From assembly GCA_965215015.1 (NCBI GenBank), contig OZ244042.1, positions 10,768 through 74,767 of the forward strand: 64,000 bases of DNA. Reading direction: 5' to 3'. The notes beneath the pieces were generated by a model. The model ran no database searches, had not been told where the DNA came from, and saw nothing but the letters and a program-made list of their open reading frames with translations. The position numbers and the translations under genes are program-made. Shown here piece by piece: positions 56,717-64,000 of the stretch (the stretch's first letter is position 1; each line of letters starts with the position of its first letter). This DNA comes from Candidatus Poribacteria bacterium. GTDB lineage: Bacteria; Poribacteria; WGA-4E; PCPOR2b.

Positions 56717-57838
56717 ATGGAATTGCTACATAATCTCTTCTTTGATTACACCCTACGTACAGTCGCACAAGGCTCCGCCACCCTTGGAATTGTCAGCGGT
56801 GCCTTAGGGACATACGCCGTCCTGCGGAAGCAGAGCTTGTTAGGAGACGCAATTTCCCATGCAGCATGGCCCGGTATTGCCCTAGCATTTCTGTTGACAG
56901 GCAGCAAAGCCCCCCTTGTATTGGTGTTGGGTGCCGCTGCTGCCGGTTGGATAGGTACACTCGTTGTGATGGGCATTGTCAATACGACCCGCATCAAAGA
57001 TGATAGTGCATTGGGGTTGGTGCTCTCCGTGTTTTTTGGTTTCGGCCTTGTCCTGCTGACAGCGTTCATTCAGAAGATGCCCAACGCGAATCAGGCCGGA
57101 CTTGACAAATTCCTCTTTGGTCAGGCGGCGGCACTGGTAGAAAGAGACGTTAACACGATGGCGTCGCTGGGTATCATTGCACTGCTGATAATGATGGTTT
57201 TCTGGAAGGAGTTCAAACTTCTCAGTTTTGACCCCGATTTCGGAGCCAGCCTCGGTTTTCCCATGCGCTGGCTCGACGTTTTGCTGACGACACTTATTGT
57301 GATTGCTATCGTACTGGGATTGCAAACTGTCGGTGTGGTGCTGATGAGTGCTATGATTGTCGCACCGGCGGCGGCGGCCCGGCAGTGGACAGACCGTCTG
57401 GGCGTGATGGTTGCCCTATCTGCTCTGTTTGGTGCAGTTGCCGGCGTGAGCGGTGCACTCATTAGTAGTAGCATGGCCCGGATTCCCACCGGTCCAACCA
57501 TCGTACTCTGTATCAGCGCAATCGTTGTAATATCAATGACTCTCGCACCGAATCGAGGGTTGGTCTGGAATTGGATGCGACATCAACGCAACCGTCGTCA
57601 ACTCCGCGTCGAAATGGTTCTGGATGACCTCTACGCACTGACGTTGCAGCATGAAGATTTAGAACATCGGCATTCTGTAACCGTCTTAAATGCGATGAGT
57701 GCCGGGCGCGGCGGTGTTAAGCGTAGCCTCGAAGAACTAGAGACTCGTGGCTGGGCACAGCGAGACAGCACAGAATGGGCACTAACCCCGAAGGGATTGG
57801 CGGAAGCAGAACGCTTGGCGGAAAGGCGGGGAAATTAG
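56717..57838 (+). CDS. Metal ABC transporter permease (ABC-3 family) with ~90-aa C-terminal winged-helix-like extension
   Basis: 8-9 TM helices, then the hydrophilic tail ...LDDLYALTLQHED...LNAMSAGRGGVKRSLEELETRGWAQRDS. Confidence 0.85.
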   Translation: MELLHNLFFDYTLRTVAQGSATLGIVSGALGTYAVLRKQSLLGDAISHAAWPGIALAFLLTGSKAPLVLVLGAAAAGWIGTLVVMGIVNTTRIKDDSALGLVLSVFFGFGLVLLTAFIQKMPNANQAGLDKFLFGQAAALVERDVNTMASLGIIALLIMMVFWKEFKLLSFDPDFGASLGFPMRWLDVLLTTLIVIAIVLGLQTVGVVLMSAMIVAPAAAARQWTDRLGVMVALSALFGAVAGVSGALISSSMARIPTGPTIVLCISAIVVISMTLAPNRGLVWNWMRHQRNRRQLRVEMVLDDLYALTLQHEDLEHRHSVTVLNAMSAGRGGVKRSLEELETRGWAQRDSTEWALTPKGLAEAERLAERRGN

Positions 57839-59005
57839 ATGGACCTATCACCACAGGTAGAAATTCAAATTATCGCTGCAGTTGTTGCTGTTGCATGTGC
57901 TTTGCCGGGTGTCTTTCTGGTACTCCGCCGTATGGCATTGATGAGCGATGCCATCAGCCATGCAATCCTTTTGGGCATTGTTTTAGCGTTTTTCGTTATT
58001 GAGGACCTCGCATCGCCACTCCTTATTGTCGCAGCCGCAATCACCGGCGTGATTACGGTCGCGCTCGTGGAGCTCTTGCACGGTACCGGACTTGTGCGTG
58101 AGGATGCCGCCATTGGAATTGTGTTTCCGGCACTATTTAGTGGAGGTGTGATTCTCATCTCTCGCTACGCAGGGAATGTCCATCTAGATACTCATGCTGT
58201 GCTGCTGGGGGAGTTGGCCTTTGCTTGGATGGAGCGATCGACCGTTTTCGGATACGACCTACCCAAATCGCTTTGGGTGATGGGGGGTATCCTGCTAATC
58301 AACCTCATTTTCATTACACTGTTCTACAAAGAACTGAAACTGGCAACCTTTGACGCCGGACTCGCCGCCGCGCTCGGATTTTCACCTGTCCTCGTCCACT
58401 ACGGTTTGATGACGTTGGTTTCGATCACAGCCGTTGGAGCATTTGACGCGGTAGGGTCCATTTTAGTTGTTGCGCTGATGATTGCCCCCCCAGCGACCGC
58501 TTACCTGCTGACCGATCGACTATCCTATCTGCTTGGATTGAGTGGGTTGAATGGTATAGCGAGCGCTATCACAGGCTACTGGTTGGCGCGTTGGCTGGAT
58601 GCGTCTATCGCCGGGTCTATGGCAACGATGAGTGGTGTCTTCTTCCTTTTAACCTTTCTTCTTGCACCAACCCGCGGCATCATCGCTATCGCCCGGCGAC
58701 GCGTGCGGCAGCGATGGCAATTCGCTCAGACAATGCTCACCATTCACCTGCTGAATCATGAGGGGTCTCCTGAAGCCCAACGAGAACGGCGGATTGAGCA
58801 TCTAGATGAGCATCTGCGCTGGAACCCTTCTTTCGCGGGGCAGGTTGTGAGATATGCAGAGAAACACGGCACCATCCGGGCCGATGCAGGTAATCTAATG
58901 TTGACCAAGCGTGGACGACAGATTGCCCGCGAAGGTTTAAGTATGTCTGAGGCAAACCCCGATCAGAAATTGGAATTCGCGGTTTCGCCGGGTTTCAGAG
59001 ATTGA
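57839..59005 (+). CDS. Metal ABC transporter permease (ABC-3 family) with ~100-aa C-terminal extension
   Basis: ATG immediately after the upstream TAG; TM core, then the tail ...TMLTIHLLNHEGSPEAQRERRIEHLDEHL...MLTKRGRQIAREGL. Confidence 0.85.
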   Translation: MDLSPQVEIQIIAAVVAVACALPGVFLVLRRMALMSDAISHAILLGIVLAFFVIEDLASPLLIVAAAITGVITVALVELLHGTGLVREDAAIGIVFPALFSGGVILISRYAGNVHLDTHAVLLGELAFAWMERSTVFGYDLPKSLWVMGGILLINLIFITLFYKELKLATFDAGLAAALGFSPVLVHYGLMTLVSITAVGAFDAVGSILVVALMIAPPATAYLLTDRLSYLLGLSGLNGIASAITGYWLARWLDASIAGSMATMSGVFFLLTFLLAPTRGIIAIARRRVRQRWQFAQTMLTIHLLNHEGSPEAQRERRIEHLDEHLRWNPSFAGQVVRYAEKHGTIRADAGNLMLTKRGRQIAREGLSMSEANPDQKLEFAVSPGFRD

Positions 59006-59038
59006 GACTATCGAAACCGAAATTTTATACCTCTATAA

Positions 59039-60511
59039 GTGGATCGGCATGTGGACTTCTCTCCCAATCCTCCAAATCACTCTCCAAAGCGAATTATCTC
59101 ATTCCTCAATCTTATTCCAATCCAATGCCTCTGTATTGCCCTTTTCTTCCTAATTTACCACAAGCTCCTTGCCCACTGGATGCGGACGGCTTCTGTTAAT
59201 CTGGGAGCGGTCAAATTTCATCGCCATGTGGTTCCCCTCTACGCACTACCGCAAATCGATCTGAGCATCTGGCTGCTTCCTGCATTGGTTGTTTTGGTAG
59301 TGTTCCTGCTCCTTTGCCACAAGATTCTGATCCAGCGATCTGTGCCATCTACTTGGCTCTTTCTAATCTCGGCTGGGTTCTTTCTTGCCATTAGTATTAG
59401 CGTTGCGATGATTGATGGCTACCAAGAGGTAAGTGGAAGGCAGTTGCCTGCATTCCAAGAACCGTATACGCGGACAAGATATGAATATTACAATGATGTG
59501 CCAAAGGTAGATCGGGCCGGTCTCTTGTCATTCATACGAGATTACGCCAAACCGGAGTTGTTCTCAACGTTATCGGGACATGCACAAACCCATCCGCCCG
59601 GCGGTATACTGTTCCTGTGGATTGTCAGCAAACTCTTCGGATATAATCTGTTGGCTGCATCACTTGGGTCAATTGTCTTCACGAGCTTAACGGTGATACC
59701 AATCTACCTGCTTGCGAGAGAACTGTATGGTGAATTGACCGCACGATATACCCTGGTGCTGTTCCTAATTACTCCCAATTTCGTCATGTTTACGGGAACA
59801 TCAATGGATGGACCGTTCAGTGTTTTTCCAATCTTAAGTCTCTACCTCTTTTACGAGCGGAGGGGCTCGGAGAGGGCGATACTCTACGGATTCTTGACGG
59901 GAATTTCGCTTAGTTGTGGAATGCTGATGACGTACTCGACAGTGTTCATCGGTTTATTTTTTGGTGTCGTCATGCTGCTTATCTTAATTGTCGACCGAAG
60001 GAGATTCAGACATACACTGACCCTATTACTGACTATCGGCGTTACCTTCACCGCATTTTATCTGCTGATATTTCTATTTACAGGGTTTAATCTGCTGGAG
60101 GCTTTGCAGGCGTCGATAAGGAAAGACAGGGAGGGACTAGGAACAGGATATGAAACGATTGGGCTATACTTAAACTTGAGTATTGGCAATCTGTTTGCCT
60201 TTCTTATTGGGGTCGGAATACCGATGACAACTGTGTGGATTCGGCAGGTTGTGCGAACGATTCAAAACGGCCAGCGTGGTGAACCAATCGACATCTACGT
60301 CATTAGCTATCTAATCTCGTTGTTGGTGATTGCCTTTTCTGCACTTTTCACAATGGAGGTTGAACGAATCTGGATCTTTATGGCTCCTTTTGTTATTATT
60401 CCTGTGGCGAAATATCTGAGCCAGCGAGGGATAGCCGATTTTTATTGGGTCACCGGGTTGTTGTGCCTGCAATTGGTTTTGTTTGAGGTGACGCTGTATA
60501 CTTACTGGTAA
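59039..60511 (+). CDS. Polytopic membrane protein, ArnT/PMT-like (GT39/GT83-type) glycosyltransferase candidate
   Basis: 490 aa, more than 10 TM helices, HPPGG motif in an early loop; family assignment tentative. Confidence 0.55.
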   Translation: MDRHVDFSPNPPNHSPKRIISFLNLIPIQCLCIALFFLIYHKLLAHWMRTASVNLGAVKFHRHVVPLYALPQIDLSIWLLPALVVLVVFLLLCHKILIQRSVPSTWLFLISAGFFLAISISVAMIDGYQEVSGRQLPAFQEPYTRTRYEYYNDVPKVDRAGLLSFIRDYAKPELFSTLSGHAQTHPPGGILFLWIVSKLFGYNLLAASLGSIVFTSLTVIPIYLLARELYGELTARYTLVLFLITPNFVMFTGTSMDGPFSVFPILSLYLFYERRGSERAILYGFLTGISLSCGMLMTYSTVFIGLFFGVVMLLILIVDRRRFRHTLTLLLTIGVTFTAFYLLIFLFTGFNLLEALQASIRKDREGLGTGYETIGLYLNLSIGNLFAFLIGVGIPMTTVWIRQVVRTIQNGQRGEPIDIYVISYLISLLVIAFSALFTMEVERIWIFMAPFVIIPVAKYLSQRGIADFYWVTGLLCLQLVLFEVTLYTYW

Positions 60512-60667
60512 CCATAGCAATCACACCCACTTAAAAAAGTCAAGTAGACAGCTTCAATGACGACTGACCTTGCAATAGCTTAGCAAAACGGGTAAAATAT
60601 GCCAACCACGTAATAGTACAATGAAAAATGTCCCGATCAGATCGGGATTAGACGAAGGAGAGATGCC

Positions 60668-61681
60668 ATGTCAGACAAAGTTGGAGTCGGGCTTATCGGC
60701 TGCGGTGGGATGGGAGCACATCATGCACGGAATCTCGCTGAAATTGAAGGCGCACATTTACGCGGATTCGCCGATGTCCGCAGTGAAGCCGCCCAACGAT
60801 TGCAGACCGAAGTCGGCTGTGACTATTGCACAACCAATCCACAAGATATCTTCAACGACGACCTGGTTGATGTTGTGTTAATCTGTACCCACCACGACCT
60901 GCATGTACCCCTCGCGATTGCAGCTGCAGCCGCTGGTAAACAAATCTTTGTCGAAAAGCCGTTAGCACTGACGATTGAAGGATGCGAACAGATTGAGGCA
61001 GCGGTAGAACATACAGGCGTCAAATTGATGGCTGGATTTCAAGCGCGATTCTCGCCATTCATCACCAAACTCAAAGAGGTAATCCCAGTGCCGCTGGTGA
61101 TTGTCGGGCAACTCGTGGATCCGCGCTGGGGCGATGATAACTGGGCGAACGATCCGGTCGAAGGGGGCGGCAACGTTCTTTCTCAAGGCTGTCATCTATT
61201 CGACGCAATGTGTTGGCTGGCTGGAGCCGAACCTATCACCATTTATGCAGAAGGCGGTAACTTGACCCATCCAAAGATTCCCGAAATCACCGACAGTGTT
61301 GTTGCCACGATTCGATTTGCCAACGGCTGCGTGGCAAGCGCAATCAATGGGGACTTTGGTTCGCCTGCATTGGCTGGGAAAGCGTTCTACGAATTGTTTA
61401 GCGGAGCGAAGACAGCAACGCTCTACGGTTATTACGGTGAACCCGCAATCAAGTTTTGGGGTGTAGAGCCTGCCGATTTCACGATGGAAGATTTACCACC
61501 CGATTATCGCAACGGTAGTGCGGCTCACGGATATGTCGATGAGATGCAGGCGTTAATTGATTGGGTAGGGAAAGATGTCGATCCCGTGAACGCAGCAAAG
61601 GTGAAGGACGGGCTGCGAGCAACGAAAATTGGGGTCAAGGCAATCGAGTCGATTCAGACAGGTCAGCCGCAGCGTTTATAA
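60668..61681 (+). CDS. Gfo/Idh/MocA family oxidoreductase
   Basis: VGVGLIGCGGMGAHHARN... N-terminal NAD-binding motif. Confidence 0.85.
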   Translation: MSDKVGVGLIGCGGMGAHHARNLAEIEGAHLRGFADVRSEAAQRLQTEVGCDYCTTNPQDIFNDDLVDVVLICTHHDLHVPLAIAAAAAGKQIFVEKPLALTIEGCEQIEAAVEHTGVKLMAGFQARFSPFITKLKEVIPVPLVIVGQLVDPRWGDDNWANDPVEGGGNVLSQGCHLFDAMCWLAGAEPITIYAEGGNLTHPKIPEITDSVVATIRFANGCVASAINGDFGSPALAGKAFYELFSGAKTATLYGYYGEPAIKFWGVEPADFTMEDLPPDYRNGSAAHGYVDEMQALIDWVGKDVDPVNAAKVKDGLRATKIGVKAIESIQTGQPQRL

Positions 61682-61692
61682 GGGGCAACAGC

Positions 61693-62880
61693 ATGAAAAT
61701 TACAAACATTGAAACATTTATCGTGGATGCCGGCTGGCGTCCATGGACATTTGTCAAAGTTGAGACCGATGAGGGCATCACCGGTTACGGCGAGTGTAGC
61801 GACGGCAGATCCCCTCACGGAATCGTCGGGACAATCAAGGACTTAGAACGGGTGCTTATCGGTACAGATCCAAGAGCTTTCGAGATGCGATTTTGGGACA
61901 TGATTCGGGGCACGCGCCAAAGCCCCGGCGGCATCGCTGCCAAAGCCATCGCCGGAATTGAGTGCGCCCTTATAGACATCAAGGCGAAAGCACTCGGTAT
62001 CTCTGTTGTTGAATTATTCGGTGGACCAACGCGGGATAAAGTTCGACTGTACTGGTCTCATTGCGGAACAAGCCGCGCCAGACATCATGAGCTAATAGGT
62101 GTACCACCCATCAAAACGATGGACGACATTGCCGCATTGGGACGGGAAGTGGTGGAGCGCGGCTTCACTGCACTCAAGACCAACATCGTGATTCCCGGTG
62201 AACCGGCGGCTGTGTACTTCAGTGGGTTCGGCGGCGGTTCCGGCACCACAGATCAGGTGGTCACGCCCGCGCTGTTGAGACACATTGAGATGCTGATAGG
62301 GACGTTCCGGGAGGCGATTGGGCCCGATGTGGGACTCTGTCTAGACCTCAACTTCAACTTCAAAACGGAAGCGTGCCTACGGATTGCTCAGGTATTAGAA
62401 CCCTTCAATCTCCAGTGGCTCGAAATTGATATGTACGACCCAGAAGCAATCTTGCAAATCAAACAATCCACGACCACCCGCATCTGTACGGGCGAAAATC
62501 TGTTCTACATGCGGGAGTTTATCCCCTATTTTGAACTGCACGCCGCAGACGTGATGATGATTGATGTGGCATGGAATGGGTTCACGCAATCCAAGAAGAT
62601 CGGAGACCTGGCAGAGGTATACCAGACCAATATTGCGCCCCACAACTACTACAGCCACTTAGCGACATATATGAGCGCGAGCCTATGCGCCGTTCTGCCC
62701 AATGTCCGCATTATGGAAATCGACATTGACGATGTACCATGGAAAGATGACCTCGTCACCGACCCACCGGAGATCATTGAGGGCTACATGACAATTCCCA
62801 CGAAGCCGGGGTGGGGGACTGATCTGAATGAGGCGGAAGTCGAAAAACATCTATGGGAGAACCGGTCTGTGAATTGGTAA
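61693..62880 (+). CDS. Enolase-superfamily dehydratase (mandelate racemase/muconate lactonizing enzyme; D-galactonate dehydratase-like)
   Basis: MKITNIETFIVDAGWRPWTFVKVETDEGITGYGEC...; ATG 61693 follows the upstream stop, whereas the ORF-track start 61561 overlaps the previous gene. Confidence 0.85.
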   Translation: MKITNIETFIVDAGWRPWTFVKVETDEGITGYGECSDGRSPHGIVGTIKDLERVLIGTDPRAFEMRFWDMIRGTRQSPGGIAAKAIAGIECALIDIKAKALGISVVELFGGPTRDKVRLYWSHCGTSRARHHELIGVPPIKTMDDIAALGREVVERGFTALKTNIVIPGEPAAVYFSGFGGGSGTTDQVVTPALLRHIEMLIGTFREAIGPDVGLCLDLNFNFKTEACLRIAQVLEPFNLQWLEIDMYDPEAILQIKQSTTTRICTGENLFYMREFIPYFELHAADVMMIDVAWNGFTQSKKIGDLAEVYQTNIAPHNYYSHLATYMSASLCAVLPNVRIMEIDIDDVPWKDDLVTDPPEIIEGYMTIPTKPGWGTDLNEAEVEKHLWENRSVNW

Positions 62881-62900
62881 ACAACTGTCTCTATGAATAG

Positions 62901-62980
62901 ATAGGAGTTACGCACTTGGGTTTGTAATATCGCAATTCAACCCACGTCTTTAAGGGAGTCGGCATACGGCTTATACCGAT
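62901..62980 (+). repeat. Module X intergenic repeat, copy 5, plus hairpin
   Basis: ataggagttacgcacttgggtttgtaatatcgcaattcaacccacgtctttaaggga, then tcggcatacggcttataccgat. Confidence 0.75.
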
Positions 62981-62982
62981 TC

Positions 62983-63021
62983 CCCCCTTCCCCCTGCTTG
63001 CGGGGGGACTGAGGGGGGCGA
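62983..63021 (+). repeat. G/C-rich hairpin repeat
   Basis: ccccccttccccctgcttgcggggggactgaggggggcg. Confidence 0.8.
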
Positions 63022-63135
63022 GGATACCATGACTATGGCGCCATAATCCTGGCTCAACCAACCATAACCATGGCGCGACCTTTTTTGGTGTTGGCTTTGA
63101 ACGTTCAACTGCGTAAATCCTAAATAGAAATAATT

Positions 63136-63813
63136 ATGCGGTCAATAAATGAATGCAAGGCTATCATTTTTGATATGGATGGGTTGATGATCGACACCGA
63201 AAGGCTTGCGCTCAGAGCATGGCAGCTGGCGGGAGCTGATTTCGGATTTCCCATTAGCGATGATATTTTTATTACTATAGTAGGTCGAAATCGCAGAGAT
63301 TCGGACCGCACCCTAGTTGAAATTTTTGGAACCGATTTCCCAGTTGAGGCTATGCGAAACAGGTATCGCACGTACCTCGATAGCTGGATTGACGAAGGCA
63401 AGTTATCTATTAAGCCTGGACTTCTGGAGTTGTTAGGCTTCCTAGACAGGATTTCAATGCCAAAGGCGGTAGCGACCTCTACAGAATATAAGCGAGCGAT
63501 TCACAAATTATCACTCACAAATCTGTTAGACCATTTCCCTATAGTGATTGCTGGTGATCAAGTGCAAAAGGGTAAACCCGCACCGGATATTTTTCTCATC
63601 ACCGCGGCGCGACTAGAGGTTCTCCCGGAGAATTGTCTGGTCCTGGAAGACTCAGACGCCGGCATTCAGGCAGCCCACGAGGCAAGAATGACACCTGTTA
63701 TGATTCCAGACATGAAGCCCCCCTCAGAGAAAAGCCTCGCTTTTGCCTACAGAATTTTTGGAGGGTTAAGGGAGTTTCACGATTACTTTCGAGAAAGTTT
63801 AAGGTTGGTGTAA
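63136..63813 (+). CDS. HAD-IA family hydrolase (beta-phosphoglucomutase-like)
   Basis: Motif I KAIIFDMDGLMIDTE; later K/DD motifs. Confidence 0.85.
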   Translation: MRSINECKAIIFDMDGLMIDTERLALRAWQLAGADFGFPISDDIFITIVGRNRRDSDRTLVEIFGTDFPVEAMRNRYRTYLDSWIDEGKLSIKPGLLELLGFLDRISMPKAVATSTEYKRAIHKLSLTNLLDHFPIVIAGDQVQKGKPAPDIFLITAARLEVLPENCLVLEDSDAGIQAAHEARMTPVMIPDMKPPSEKSLAFAYRIFGGLREFHDYFRESLRLV

Positions 63814-63837
63814 CCGCGTTCTGCTAATCTAAATCGC

Positions 63838-64000
63838 AATGAGTAGATAGGGGCTTTTCTCTGAATTTAACGCAAAGACGCAGCGTCGCAAGTCCCGATT
63901 CCGTTGCCCTCCAATCGGAACGCCACCCCGTTTACCCCCTAACCCCCTCCCAAGTGGGGAGAGGAAGGAAATGCTTACCGCATCATGGATTCACAGTTTC
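63838..64000 (+). repeat. Module Y + G-rich element + start of module Z (truncated by window end)
   Basis: caatgagtagataggggcttttctctgaatttaacgcaaag ... atgcttaccgcatcatggattcacagtttc. Confidence 0.5.

Overview
This looks like a 64-kb chromosomal window from an uncultivated bacterium (about 50% GC), probably FCB/PVC-like. Evidence: at least two large secreted proteins end in a T9SS-type C-terminal sorting domain (NYPNPFNPETWIPYQL...WDGRN...SGLYFY...LK), there are sulfatases and a sulfotransferase, and a C25 gingipain/PorU-like peptidase is present. No rRNA, tRNA or CRISPR was found. The + strand is densely coding.

Gene content, in order:
- A transglutaminase-like gene followed by a giant C25 peptidase. 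The peptidase is a >1600-aa minus-strand ORF running off the window start; the supplied ORF track missed it.
- A xylose-isomerase-fold TIM barrel, a conserved overlapping pair of unknowns, purC, and a low-GC orphan beta-class DNA methyltransferase.
- A D-aminoacylase, an MmeI-like fused restriction-modification enzyme, xylB and moaC.
- A fused legumain(C13)-DUF3857-transglutaminase protein, then dnaJ.
- A sulfated-glycan cluster: sulfotransferase, BNR/sialidase-like protein, endonuclease III, a frameshifted FAD oxidoreductase, a Gfo/Idh/MocA oxidoreductase and two formylglycine-type sulfatases.
- An aminotransferase and amidohydrolase in a GC-richer block.
- A small integrase-associated segment: an internally duplicated unknown, a secreted unknown, and a tyrosine recombinase next to 2x142-bp tandem iteron repeats.
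- A 1423-aa dihaem cytochrome c / LRR / cohesin / dockerin / T9SS-CTD protein.
- A glyoxalase, an MFS transporter and a Gfo/Idh/MocA oxidoreductase.
- A DtxR/MntR-regulated TroA-type metal ABC operon interrupted by a T9SS-sorted HEXXH metallopeptidase and a MITE.
- An ArnT/PMT-like membrane protein, another Gfo/Idh/MocA oxidoreductase, an enolase-superfamily dehydratase and a HAD hydrolase.

Most unusual signals:
1. A 'transglutaminase-like + clan-CD cysteine peptidase' module occurs twice, once as a split operon and once as a single fused protein.
2. A mosaic family of intergenic repeats that look like RNA elements: module X (5 copies), modules Y-Z with intrinsic terminators, and G-rich hairpin repeats, at 10 or more loci.
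3. A MITE-like family with 16-bp terminal inverted repeats (4 loci).
4. A recurrent ATGAAC/GTTCAT operator-like motif upstream of three genes.
5. The integrase/iteron element.
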